DNA from: Polyangiaceae bacterium
GTDB lineage: Bacteria > Myxococcota_A > Polyangia > Polyangiales > Polyangiaceae
Assembly: GCA_044376115.1 (NCBI GenBank)
Contig: JBILLK010000018.1
Coordinates: 64,001 to 128,000, forward strand
Reading direction: 5' to 3'
Length of the DNA: 64,000 nt
A model generated the notes under the pieces. That model had not been told where the DNA came from. It did not search any database and saw nothing but the letters and a program-made list of their open reading frames with translations. The translations under genes and the position numbers were made by a program. Positions 18,516 through 28,467 of the stretch are shown in pieces (position 1 is the stretch's first letter; each line of letters opens with the position of its first letter).

Positions 18516-19729
18516 CGGCTGCTCCCAATCATCGGCACGATTGCATCGGGGTACAAACCGACCTCTACGTTGCCCACCGTTTCCAGCTCCGACGAAAGAC
18601 GCAAGACTCGCCCATTACTTTTCTTGTCGCCTTCGCAAACCACCAGGAAGCCCGCCTGCTCCGGGACCACGATATGTGGGAACGGACACTCGTCGTTCAA
18701 GAACGCTCGCTCCTGCCCAGGAGTTTCACCAACCAAATCCACGATGCGCAAGGAGTCAGGTTGCTGCGTCACAATCGCAATCGCGCTTCCATCCTCAGAG
18801 AATGCATTGAAGAACGGCGCCGCGTTGGTGAAGATCGTCTTGTCCGAGTCCAGCAGGCCAGTGGCGGTGGCTAGGAACCGCACATCCTTACTGACCGTGT
18901 TGGAAACGGCCATCCATGCACCATCGGGAGAAACGCGAAGCGCGTAAGGTCCGTAGTTGGGCGCGCCAAATTGTCCCGCCCCGTCCCCTAGCGTCAGCAG
19001 CTTGGGCACCGGGCTAGCCTCCCGCAAATCGATCGTCGCTACAGCGTCTTCACCGTAACAAGCAACGTAGAGCAGCCCGTCCAGATCGAACTCGAGGCCA
19101 TGAGGAGCTACACAGGTAGTGATGAATTGGGGCTTCGCCCCCTCCTCGCCGAGCGTCTCCGCGTCAATCACTGCAACCCGTGCCCGGGCTTTGCTTAGGT
19201 CTGTCGGGTTCTTGAGCGCTCTTTGCAAATCAAAGTGAGAGACGACCACCTGCTTCTTGTCTGGTGAGAGCACAATATCGCCAGGGTTGGGATCGATGCG
19301 GACCTGGCCTACGACCGTTAGGTCCGACAAGCGAAGCTTCTGCACGTAACCGTAAACAGCGCTGGAGCCGTGCGTGTTGTGTGGTCCGGGGGCGGCATCA
19401 GAAGCTGGATAGCTGAGCGCGATGAACGCATACCCTGCCGCCTCGTCGATTGCGATGTGGTGAGGGCCGTCAATGTCGACCGGGTTCCGACCAACCGGCC
19501 GCCGCTCGGTGACCGTCATCGCTTCGAGATCAATAACATCGACCGTGTCGCCCAGACTGTTGGTTACGAATGCGGCGCGGGCGGGATAGTCAATCGTCGG
19601 AGGCGGATTGGGAAATGCCACGCCTTCGTACGGCTCGACATCGTAGGACGTCGGAGCATCCGAGCAGCCAACAGATCCGAGCAGGAGGCTGCTCATCGCG
19701 ACCGGAATGAACTTTTTTAGCGGGGCCAT
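18512..19729 (-). CDS. YncE/YVTN-type beta-propeller lipoprotein
   Basis: Lipobox SVGC; VTNS...VDVID and VGRNP repeats. Confidence 0.75.
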   Translation of the reverse strand: MAPLKKFIPVAMSSLLLGSVGCSDAPTSYDVEPYEGVAFPNPPPTIDYPARAAFVTNSLGDTVDVIDLEAMTVTERRPVGRNPVDIDGPHHIAIDEAAGYAFIALSYPASDAAPGPHNTHGSSAVYGYVQKLRLSDLTVVGQVRIDPNPGDIVLSPDKKQVVVSHFDLQRALKNPTDLSKARARVAVIDAETLGEEGAKPQFITTCVAPHGLEFDLDGLLYVACYGEDAVATIDLREASPVPKLLTLGDGAGQFGAPNYGPYALRVSPDGAWMAVSNTVSKDVRFLATATGLLDSDKTIFTNAAPFFNAFSEDGSAIAIVTQQPDSLRIVDLVGETPGQERAFLNDECPFPHIVVPEQAGFLVVCEGDKKSNGRVLRLSSELETVGNVEVGLYPDAIVPMIGSSR

Positions 19730-19866
19730 GAAATGTCGGAAACCCAATGAGTTTGCGCTGGGAAGTGTGGCTACATCCTACGCCATGAAGACGCTTCGAG
19801 CACGGCCCGTTGACTGACGGGGCTTGCAAGGTCCCCAGCGGTCAGCTAACCCCCCATCCGCCTCGA

Positions 19867-22692
19867 ATGACATCTGGACGCGCTCTCATCATCGTTGAGT
19901 CCCCGGCAAAGGCTAAAACCATCGCTGGTTTTCTCGGCAAGGACTACGTTGTCGAGTCGTCGATAGGCCACATTCGGGATTTGCCACGCAATGCCAGCGA
20001 CATCCCGGCTGCCCACAAGAAGGCGAGTTGGGCGCGGCTCGGGGTGGATGTCGACAATGGGTTCAAGCCCTACTACGTCATTTCCCCTGACAAAAAGCTG
20101 CATATCCAGAAGCTCAAGGACCTGCTGGCCAAAGCGGACGAGCTTTATCTAGCAACCGACGAGGACCGCGAGGGGGAGAGCATTGCCTGGCATCTATTGG
20201 AGGTTCTCAAACCCAAAGTGCCAGTCAAGCGGATGGTCTTTCACGAGATCACCAAGCCGGCGATCAAGAAAGCCATTGAGAACCCGCGCGACGTCGATCG
20301 CCGACTAGTAGATGCGCAGGAAGCCCGGCGCATTCTGGACCGACTGTACGGGTATGAGGTGTCGGCGGTCCTGTGGAAGAAGGTGATGCCAAAGCTGTCG
20401 GCCGGGCGCGTTCAGAGCGTCGCCACCCGCATCATCGTGGACCGCGAGAAGCAGCGCATGAAGTTCGTCCGAGCTTCCTATTGGGATCTCGACGCCAAAC
20501 TCAAAGCAGCTGATGGCGAATTCAACGCCGCTGTGATCTCCAAAGACGGTCAGCGGATCGCGACGAGCAAGGACTTCGATGACCGCGGCCAACTGACAAG
20601 GCCAGGCGCCTTGCTGATGGATGAAAAGGCAGCCCGTGCCCTCGCCCAGGACTTGGATCTGGCGGCGCTCTCCGTGCTCGGTGTTGAGCGCAAACCCAAC
20701 AAGCGCAGCCCCGCCCCGCCCTTCATGACCAGCTCGCTGCAACAAGAGGCGAGCCGCAAGCTGCGCATGAGCGCCAAACAAGCCATGACCTGCGCCCAGA
20801 GGCTCTACGAGGGCGGCTACATCACGTACATGCGTACCGATTCGACGCAGCTATCTGCATCGGCGCTGTCCAGCGCGCGCTCGCATATCAAAGAGATGTA
20901 CGGAGCTGAGTACCTCCCGGCTGAGCCGCGTATCTACGCCAAGAAGGTGAAGAACGCACAGGAGGCCCACGAAGCCATTCGCCCCGCCGGAGACAGTTTC
21001 CGCCACCCGGAGGAGGTCGCTAAAGAGGTCGGGGGGCCCGAAGCCAAGCTCTATGAGCTTGTTTGGATGCGCACCATCGCCTCGCAAATGAAGGATTCCA
21101 TCGGCGAGAGCGTAACCGCGCGGATCGGTGGTAAGACCAAATCCGGCGTGCCGGTAGAACTCACCGCTAGCGGGCACTCCATCGTATTTCCAGGCTTCCT
21201 TCGTGCCTACGTTGAAGGCAGCGATGATCCTTCGGCTGAGCTCGAGGGCCGTGAAAAGCACCTGCCGAGACTGACTGAGGGTGAAAAGCTTCCCGTCATT
21301 GAGGTGTTGCCCAAGGGGCATGAGACGCAGCCTCCTGCCCGTTTCACGGAAGCCAGCTTGGTTCAGAAGCTCGAGGAGCTTGGGGTTGGGCGGCCGTCTA
21401 CGTATGCCAGCATCATCTCCACCATCATGGATCGTGAGTACGTTTGGAAGAAGGGCTCTGCCCTAATTCCCCACTTCAAAGCGTTTGCCGTCATTCAGCT
21501 GCTGGAAACGCACTTTGACACGCTGGTTGATTACACGTTCACCGCTCGCATGGAGGACGAACTGGACGAGATCGCCCAGGGGCGTGAGGACTCGGCCCCG
21601 TGGCTTGCACGTTTTTACTTTGGTGATGCGGCCAGCGCGCCGAAGGCGCCGAAGCCGGGAGAAAAGCCCGTCGAGCGTAGCGCGATCCAGGCGATGGGCC
21701 TGAAGAGCGCAGTAGAGGATCGGCTCGAGTCGATTGACGCACGCGCCATCAACTCGATCGCTCTCGGCACGGACGTCGACGGCCAGGACATCGTTATCCG
21801 AGTCGGCAAGTTTGGCCCCTATCTGACGCGCGGCGAAGGCAAGGCCAGCATCCCGGATGATCTTCCGCCAGACGAGTTGACGGTCGAGAAGGCGCATGAG
21901 CTGCTTGAAGCACCGAGTGGTGGCAGACTCGTAGGGACTGACCCTTCGACTGGCCTACCCATCTTCGTAAAAGGTGGTCGCTTTGGGACCTTCTTCCAAC
22001 TTGGCGAGGTCGCCAAAGACGCTCCCAAGGATGCCGAGAAGCCCAAGACCGCGTCGCTATTGCCCAGCATGGACGCGGCGACTGTCACTGTTGAGGACGC
22101 GCTGCGAATGTTGTCGCTACCTCGCATCGTCGGAGCGGACCCGCAGACGGGGGATGAGGTATCGGCGCAAATTGGCCGTTACGGTGCATACATCAAACGC
22201 GGTAAGGACAGCCGCAGCTTGGCTCGCCAGGAAGATGTATTCCACATCACCCTCAGCGGCGCCTTGGAGCTCTTGGCGCAGCCCAAGACCCGCGGAGCCC
22301 AACGCGCACCGCAGCCTCCATTGAAAGAGTTCCCCGAGGACGCTGTTTCCAAGCAGCCCATCAAGGTATTGCAGGGCCGCTTTGGTCTCTATGTAACGGA
22401 CGGAGAAACCAACGCCTCACTGCGAACGGATGACTCGTTGGAAACGCTGACCCACGAGCGTGCGCAAGAGCTCCTTCAACTGCGTCGCGACCGTGGAGAC
22501 ACTCCCAAGCCGGGCAAGGGACGCCGAGCCAAAGCGCCGGTCAAGCGGGCGAAGGTTGCGGCGGCTACGAAGGCCAAGGCCACGGCTGACAAGCCGGTAG
22601 CGGCCAATCCCGCAGCGAAGAAGGCGGTCGCCAAGAAGGCTGCGCCGAAGGCCAAGGCAGCCAAGGCCAAGGCAGCCAAGGCCAAGAAGTAG
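19867..22692 (+). CDS. topA: DNA topoisomerase I with C-terminal Topo_C repeats and Lys/Ala tail
   Basis: IVESPAKAKTI, LATDEDREGE, SAGRVQS, ITYMRTDS; GRFG/GKFG repeats. Confidence 0.97.
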   Translation: MTSGRALIIVESPAKAKTIAGFLGKDYVVESSIGHIRDLPRNASDIPAAHKKASWARLGVDVDNGFKPYYVISPDKKLHIQKLKDLLAKADELYLATDEDREGESIAWHLLEVLKPKVPVKRMVFHEITKPAIKKAIENPRDVDRRLVDAQEARRILDRLYGYEVSAVLWKKVMPKLSAGRVQSVATRIIVDREKQRMKFVRASYWDLDAKLKAADGEFNAAVISKDGQRIATSKDFDDRGQLTRPGALLMDEKAARALAQDLDLAALSVLGVERKPNKRSPAPPFMTSSLQQEASRKLRMSAKQAMTCAQRLYEGGYITYMRTDSTQLSASALSSARSHIKEMYGAEYLPAEPRIYAKKVKNAQEAHEAIRPAGDSFRHPEEVAKEVGGPEAKLYELVWMRTIASQMKDSIGESVTARIGGKTKSGVPVELTASGHSIVFPGFLRAYVEGSDDPSAELEGREKHLPRLTEGEKLPVIEVLPKGHETQPPARFTEASLVQKLEELGVGRPSTYASIISTIMDREYVWKKGSALIPHFKAFAVIQLLETHFDTLVDYTFTARMEDELDEIAQGREDSAPWLARFYFGDAASAPKAPKPGEKPVERSAIQAMGLKSAVEDRLESIDARAINSIALGTDVDGQDIVIRVGKFGPYLTRGEGKASIPDDLPPDELTVEKAHELLEAPSGGRLVGTDPSTGLPIFVKGGRFGTFFQLGEVAKDAPKDAEKPKTASLLPSMDAATVTVEDALRMLSLPRIVGADPQTGDEVSAQIGRYGAYIKRGKDSRSLARQEDVFHITLSGALELLAQPKTRGAQRAPQPPLKEFPEDAVSKQPIKVLQGRFGLYVTDGETNASLRTDDSLETLTHERAQELLQLRRDRGDTPKPGKGRRAKAPVKRAKVAAATKAKATADKPVAANPAAKKAVAKKAAPKAKAAKAKAAKAKK

Positions 22693-22810
22693 CTCGGGCT
22701 TCGAGCCTCCGGCCGCCACTTCAGTGGAATAAACATCACCGCGATCAAAGTGCTTGAGGATCAGCGGGGAGTCAGGTACACAGCGGTCCCCTCGTCCTTT
22801 GAGGATGAGT

Positions 22811-22885
<75 letters not shown>

Positions 22886-23191
22886 ATTGAGGCAGGCTGA
22901 CGGTTGGTCCCGGGCTGCCTAGCAACACGGCCCTGGCAGCCAGCGCGGCTCTGAGCAACAGACCGTGGCTGCATACGGTCACGCAACTGAGTTTGCGGCG
23001 CCTGCGCCAGCTGCATTGGGCGTAGATAAGAACCCAGACGTGGCGCCGATTGGCCGCCCCAAAAGTTTACTCGCTTGTGGGCAGACGGAGTTCCATTGGG
23101 GCAGAGCGGAGCCGCCAATGAATCGACGGCGGTGACTCCCCCGCGCGACCAAGAGGGTCAGGCGCGACCAATGGTATTGGCCTGAAATGGC

Positions 23192-23223
23192 AAACCCCCG
23201 CGAGTTAGGACTTCGCGGGGGTT
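23192..23223 (-). terminator. Intrinsic terminator
   Basis: AACCCCCGCGA/TCGCGGGGGTT stem downstream of the 23247 stop. Confidence 0.65.
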
Positions 23224-23246
23224 CCAAGCGGAGAAGGGTTGAACGA

Positions 23247-23717
23247 CTACTTGCCAGTGAGGTGGAGCGTGGTGTTGCGACGCTCGCCCTTGGTGCCGAG
23301 CTGCTTGGTCTCCAATGCACGCTTGAGCGTGCCGAGCCATTCGCTCTTCTCCATACGGAGTTCCTTGCGGGCAAGCTCCGAGGTGATGCCGGGCTTGGAA
23401 CGAACAACCGAAACCAAGCGACCCACGTCGCGATCAAGGTCAGCGATTGAGCGGCGGATGCGCTTTGCTTTGGGCGCGCCGGGGGCGGCCTTCTTAGCGG
23501 GAGCTGCCTTAGCAGCCGGAGCGGCCTTAGCAGCAGCCTTCGCAGGAGCTTTCTTGGCAGCGGCAGCGGCAGCAGGCTTGGCTTTGGCAGCTGCGGCAGC
23601 GACGGGCTTCGACTCGCCGAGAGCCGCGCGGACGGCGGTGAGTGCCTCTTCGCGGATAGCGGTTTCGAGCTTGGAAACAAATTCCTCTACGAGGACCTGA
23701 ATCTTTAGGTTCGACAT
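23247..23717 (-). CDS. Basic Lys/Ala-rich putative DNA-binding (nucleoid) protein
   Basis: AKKAPAK repeats; C-terminal winged-helix-like segment ending TKGERRNT. Confidence 0.75.
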   Translation of the reverse strand: MSNLKIQVLVEEFVSKLETAIREEALTAVRAALGESKPVAAAAAKAKPAAAAAAKKAPAKAAAKAAPAAKAAPAKKAAPGAPKAKRIRRSIADLDRDVGRLVSVVRSKPGITSELARKELRMEKSEWLGTLKRALETKQLGTKGERRNTTLHLTGK

Positions 23718-24018
23718 GTTCCGCCTCATCTAGCCGGTATCGCGCTAACTTCCAAGCGGAACTAGTCGTATATCTCAATAAACTTTCCATCGAGCAGCGC
23801 GGCTCTGCCACTCAGGTTCCACCTTCGGTGGAATCTACGCGGCTTTGGCAGCTCATTGGACAGGACGCGCAAAGCCGGTTCGCAGCGTTGGCTGTGTTGG
23901 TGTGAGTGCCGTCGACCTTGCGATTAAACTAGGACGAGTCCCCCACGACTCGTCCCAGGCCAGATGGCTTAGTGGGACGTCGGCGGCAATGTATGTAACA
24001 CAGCCGTCAACGCAGCGG

Positions 24019-24984
24019 TCATTGACACTCGGACAGATAGTCCGCGCAGCAGTCACCGTAAAAGCTGCACGAGTCATCGCAGTAGCAACTCCCGTCGAGG
24101 GATGCGCCATCGCATGCATCAAAACAGCTAGCGGAGCTGGGCTCGGGAGCTTGGCCGGCCTTGCACGCACCCATACAAACCGCGGGGCAAACCATTCCTG
24201 GGGCGCAGGGGCTCAAACACTCTGATAGGTCGCAGTATGCATTCTCGCCGCATTCAGCGTCGGCATGGCAGAGCGTCGCCTCCGGCTGCACGCGGTCGAA
24301 GATCTGAGTCACACTAAAAGTCTTCTTGGCCCCTTTGGTCTTTAGGCTCCCCGCAACGACGAGTCCGTTTTTGAGGGCTTGTTCGAGCGCCATCGCATTG
24401 GCGTCGTCGGTCAAAGCTAGCGGAGCGAGGTTCAAATCAGTGACCTGTTTCACTACCGTACTGTTGAACTTACGCGCGAGGAGATTGGGGCACGGCGCCT
24501 GAATGCAGGTAATTCCAGAAGACTCGACTCTGTGAATCGTGCCCTCGACTGGAGCACCGGAGCGATTGGTAAAACCCTTGGTCGCCACCAACCGGCCTAT
24601 CTCCGGGAACTGCTCACTCAGGGGCTGAATGTGCCCCGAGAGCAGGACCGATCCGGAAGCAGCCACCTCACGTAGAGACCCCGCTTGCGCCTCGGACAAC
24701 TCCAAAGCCGCCAGGTCAAGGTCGGATACGTAGCACTCAGTCTGCTTGGAGCCATCCAAACAGGTGGTCTTGGTCTTGTTGACCGCCTTGATGAAGTATC
24801 CGCTGCACATTGGGTAGGCACACTTGCGGAAGTCCCTACCCGAGACGACGTAGAGCGTCTCAGCCTCGAGGGCACGCGTCTGCTCCTGCCCTCCAACCTC
24901 CTCAATGACTGGTAATGACGTCTCGGGACTACACGCCAAGAGCACCGTCGCCAAACAAGCGGGGAGAAGCTTTGTGAACAGCAT
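24019..24984 (-). CDS. Cys-rich lipoprotein with two repeated domains and a C-terminal somatomedin-B-like domain
   Basis: Lipobox LLAC; CAYPMC and CIQAPC; SC...C...CYCDDSCSFYGDCCADYLSEC. Confidence 0.75.
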   Translation of the reverse strand: MLFTKLLPACLATVLLACSPETSLPVIEEVGGQEQTRALEAETLYVVSGRDFRKCAYPMCSGYFIKAVNKTKTTCLDGSKQTECYVSDLDLAALELSEAQAGSLREVAASGSVLLSGHIQPLSEQFPEIGRLVATKGFTNRSGAPVEGTIHRVESSGITCIQAPCPNLLARKFNSTVVKQVTDLNLAPLALTDDANAMALEQALKNGLVVAGSLKTKGAKKTFSVTQIFDRVQPEATLCHADAECGENAYCDLSECLSPCAPGMVCPAVCMGACKAGQAPEPSSASCFDACDGASLDGSCYCDDSCSFYGDCCADYLSECQ

Positions 24985-25123
24985 GGGGCCTCTGTAGTCG
25001 CTTCTCCTACAGCGTCAACACGGAATCGCCAATCAAGGTGGCTGCGTTGCTATTCGGACGCAGTACGACAAGGACCGCGCGGGTTTTCAAGCCGACCTCG
25101 ACTCATTAGCGTACTGGTCAGAT

Positions 25124-26080
25124 ATGGTGCCCCTCTATCCACTCCGCTTCGAACCCATCTTCAAGCAGCAACCGTGGGGTGGAACTGAGCTGTTGCCGCT
25201 ATTGAACCGAGCCTCGGATGGAGTTGCAACGGGCGAGGCCTGGCTGCTCTCGGACGTCGACGGCAATGAGAGCTGCGTACAAAACGGCCCGCTGCGTGGG
25301 ACGTCGCTACGTCAAATCGCGACACAACGACGAGCCGAGCTACTTGGGTCGACAAACCTTTCGCAAGGTCGCTTCCCAATCCTGCTCAAACTCATTGACG
25401 CGAAGAAGGAGCTTTCGGTGCAGGTTCATCCCAATGACGCACAAGCCGAAGCGAAAGCCCACGGACAACTCGGCAAAACCGAGGCGTGGGTAGTCTTAGC
25501 CGCCAATCCCAATAGCAGCCTCCTCTACGTCGGATTGAAGCCCGGTGTTGACCGGCCAGCGCTAGAAGCGGGCATTGCCAATGGAACAGCCGCAGATTTA
25601 CTCCATAGCTTTAAACCCCAAGTTGGTGATTGCGTACTACTCAACGCAGGCACCGTTCACGCCATTGGCAGAGATCTCTTGCTCTTCGAGATTCAGCAGA
25701 CGAGCGATCTAACGTACCGCCTCTACGACTGGGGCCGGTTGGACGACAAAGGTCAGTCTCGACCACTTCACATCGAAGACGGTCTTGAGTGCACGGACTT
25801 TGGACGGGGCCCGGTCGCGCCGTTGCGAGTTGATTCACGCGCTGCCAAAGAACCGCTGATCGACTGCAAGTACTTCTCCTTGGGCCGCCAAACGGTACTC
25901 GACATAGAGCGGTTGGGCTGCGACGAGCGATGCTCCGTCTACGTATGTATCGAGGGGGAAGGAAGGCTGGAGGGCGAGCGCTTCGCTAAGGGAGACGTCG
26001 TGCTACTTCCTGCTTCGGCGAGTCACGCCACGCTAGAGGCTTCGAAGCCTTTACAACTGCTTTATTGCGAGCCGCGCTGA
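25124..26080 (+). CDS. manA: Class I mannose-6-phosphate isomerase
   Basis: PWGG, GEAW, LSVQVHP, KTEAW, GTVHA, EIQQTSDLTYRLYDW. Confidence 0.92.
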   Translation: MVPLYPLRFEPIFKQQPWGGTELLPLLNRASDGVATGEAWLLSDVDGNESCVQNGPLRGTSLRQIATQRRAELLGSTNLSQGRFPILLKLIDAKKELSVQVHPNDAQAEAKAHGQLGKTEAWVVLAANPNSSLLYVGLKPGVDRPALEAGIANGTAADLLHSFKPQVGDCVLLNAGTVHAIGRDLLLFEIQQTSDLTYRLYDWGRLDDKGQSRPLHIEDGLECTDFGRGPVAPLRVDSRAAKEPLIDCKYFSLGRQTVLDIERLGCDERCSVYVCIEGEGRLEGERFAKGDVVLLPASASHATLEASKPLQLLYCEPR

Positions 26081-26165
26081 CCCGGACCGAATCAACGAGC
26101 ACGGCACATCAAGTTACTCGCCCGTCGTCAGCTTGTCACATTGAGCGAGGAAAACGCGCTCAGCA

Positions 26166-26921
26166 ATGCTGGACCAGTGGCACAGCGACAGACCAGACCG
26201 TTTGCGGCAGAAGCGGCTGGGCTTGGGCTTGATTGTAGGATTCGCAGGGCTCGCCTCTGTGGTCTACGGCGCCAGTCTTGTAGAGGCCGCGCCACCCGCC
26301 ACTGAGGAACCGGAGAAAGAAGTCGAGGTTGCACTGGTTGAGACGCCTGAAGAGCCAAAGGACGAACCTCCACCTCCGGCTCCCGAGCCAGTCGAGCCAG
26401 CTCCCGCCCTTACTCCAGCGAAGGCTGCGCCTGCGCCAGGCCCTGCACCCGAGCCTGCGCCTGACCCCTCCGCGGCCGATAGCGATCCTTTCGCAGCAGC
26501 TGATCCTCCGCCGAATAGCAAGCCCGGAGGAACGGGCAACGGAGCAGGCAATGGGACTGGAACCGGCACAGGGACCACACTCGTACCGCCTCCGCCGCCT
26601 CCACCTCCACCTCCGCCACCAGCGCCTCCGCCTCCACCCAATCCAGCAGATTATTCGCCGCCAAAGTGCAAACAGCGCGGCATAGATGCAGCGCAAGCCA
26701 AGGCAATCGGCGTCGAAGGAAGAGTCGTAGTCAAATATACGGTTACCGCCTCCGGGGCCGTGGTCAATGTCCGCGCTGAGAGTGGCCCCACGGAGCTGCG
26801 CGCGCTGGCGGTCGCGGCTGTTTCGAGCTGGACCTGCGAACCCGCACGTATGAAGTCGGATGGCTCGGCGCTGCAGGTCACCAAGAACGTTCCGCTAACG
26901 GTTCGACTAAAGACTGATTGA
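26166..26921 (+). CDS. tonB: Energy transducer TonB
   Basis: N-terminal TM, Pro-rich linker, GVEGRVVVKYTV C-terminal domain. Confidence 0.88.
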   Translation: MLDQWHSDRPDRLRQKRLGLGLIVGFAGLASVVYGASLVEAAPPATEEPEKEVEVALVETPEEPKDEPPPPAPEPVEPAPALTPAKAAPAPGPAPEPAPDPSAADSDPFAAADPPPNSKPGGTGNGAGNGTGTGTGTTLVPPPPPPPPPPPPAPPPPPNPADYSPPKCKQRGIDAAQAKAIGVEGRVVVKYTVTASGAVVNVRAESGPTELRALAVAAVSSWTCEPARMKSDGSALQVTKNVPLTVRLKTD

Positions 26922-26934
26922 CCAGGAGGCAATT

Positions 26935-27645
26935 GTGACATTCGATCTTTCACACATCTGGGCGTCGATGAGCTTCGCCAACAAGGCGATCACCATCTTC
27001 ATCGCGATGATGGGCCTCTTGTGCGCGGCGGTCACCTTCGAGCGCATCGTGGCGCTGTCTAAGAGCGCGCGTGTATCGCGGGAGTTCGCCGAGAAGGTTC
27101 ACCCCCTCTTATCTAATTGGGACAGCGCCAAGATTATCGAGCTCGCGCGCGAGCATCAGGCATCCTCGCTCGCCCGGCTGTTTGAGGCGCTGGTACTCAA
27201 ATACGACGATGTAGCCGGTCGCTCCGGCGGCGGGATGCACCCCATCGATATGGTGCGCAATGAATCGGGTCGGAAACTGGAGGTACTCGCTGCAGACCTC
27301 AAACGAGGCATGCCCATCCTCGCGACCATTGGGTCGATTACGCCCTTCGTCGGCTTGCTCGGAACTGTCATCGGTATCATTGCAGCGTTTCAAGCGATTG
27401 GAGCCGCGGGCGCAGGCGGTATCGGAACCGTATCTGCTGGTATCGCCGAGGCCTTGATCGAGACCGCCTTCGGCTTGGCAGTGGCCATCCCCGCCGTTAT
27501 CGCCTTCAACTACCTCACCTCGCGCATCGCCACGGTGGAGGCAGCCTTGAGCCGCTCCGCCGGTCAGCTCATCGACGAAATGGAGTACCGCCATGTTCCG
27601 ACGCAAGAACGCATCAGCGACGTACAAGCCCGCGCCGCCGCTTGA
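26935..27645 (+). CDS. exbB: MotA/TolQ/ExbB proton channel
   Basis: PFVGLLGTVIGII, GIAEALIETAFGL. Confidence 0.92.
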   Translation: MTFDLSHIWASMSFANKAITIFIAMMGLLCAAVTFERIVALSKSARVSREFAEKVHPLLSNWDSAKIIELAREHQASSLARLFEALVLKYDDVAGRSGGGMHPIDMVRNESGRKLEVLAADLKRGMPILATIGSITPFVGLLGTVIGIIAAFQAIGAAGAGGIGTVSAGIAEALIETAFGLAVAIPAVIAFNYLTSRIATVEAALSRSAGQLIDEMEYRHVPTQERISDVQARAAA

Positions 27646-28030
27646 GCCGGAAATCAACGTCACCCCGCTGGTGGACGTGGTGCTCGTACTGTTGATTATC
27701 TTCATGGTCATTGCGCCCAATCTGCAGGAGGGCACACCGGTGTTGCTGCCCGAGGTGCAAGCGACCGACGACAAGGCCAAAACCGAGGGGACGGAGGTCG
27801 TGCTCGCAGCCGACGGAACCCTCTATCTGGACGATACGGCGCTAGAGCGCGATCAACTCATGGCCGCTCTCCAAGTCTTACTAAAGGAGCAACCTGACAA
27901 GCCCCTCGTCGTCAAAGCCGATGCGACCCTGCCCTACGGCGATGTGCGGAACGTCTTCGCCTCGGTTCAGCGGCTTGGGTTTCGCAACGTTAGTATGAAA
28001 GTAGCAGCTCGTAAGCCGGAGGCGACCTGA
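27593..28030 (+). CDS. exbD: ExbD/TolR
   Basis: EINVTPLVDVVLVLLIIFMV. Confidence 0.92.
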   Translation: MFRRKNASATYKPAPPLEPEINVTPLVDVVLVLLIIFMVIAPNLQEGTPVLLPEVQATDDKAKTEGTEVVLAADGTLYLDDTALERDQLMAALQVLLKEQPDKPLVVKADATLPYGDVRNVFASVQRLGFRNVSMKVAARKPEAT

Positions 28031-28033
28031 ACC

Positions 28034-28459
28034 ATGGGAATGGCGGCCCCCTCTCCCAAAGGCTCAGGACCCAAGCCTGGTATCAACATTACGCCGTTGG
28101 TCGATGTGGCCTTGGTGGTGCTGATCATCTTTATGGTGGTCGCGCCGATGTTGACCAAGACCTTCACGTTATCTCTCCCGCCAGAAAGCTCAGACGCCCC
28201 GCCTCCAAAGCAGAAACAAGAACCGCTGGTCATGACGATCGACCAGAACGGCGCGATCCGACTCGGCAACCGCTCGGTGGCTCGTGAAGAGCTAAGCGAG
28301 GTGTTGCCGCAGATTCTCGCCGCGACAGGCGTCAAGGTATTGAACGTTGCTGCAGATGATCGCGTGGCCTACGGCGAAGTAATCGAGATACTGGATCTGT
28401 CGCGCGCCGCCGGGGCCAAGTCAATCGCGGTCATCACCAAGAAACTCGACAAACCCTAA
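28034..28459 (+). CDS. exbD: ExbD/TolR, second copy
   Basis: INITPLVDVALVVLIIFMV. Confidence 0.92.
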   Translation: MGMAAPSPKGSGPKPGINITPLVDVALVVLIIFMVVAPMLTKTFTLSLPPESSDAPPPKQKQEPLVMTIDQNGAIRLGNRSVAREELSEVLPQILAATGVKVLNVAADDRVAYGEVIEILDLSRAAGAKSIAVITKKLDKP

Positions 28460-28467
28460 GGACGCCC

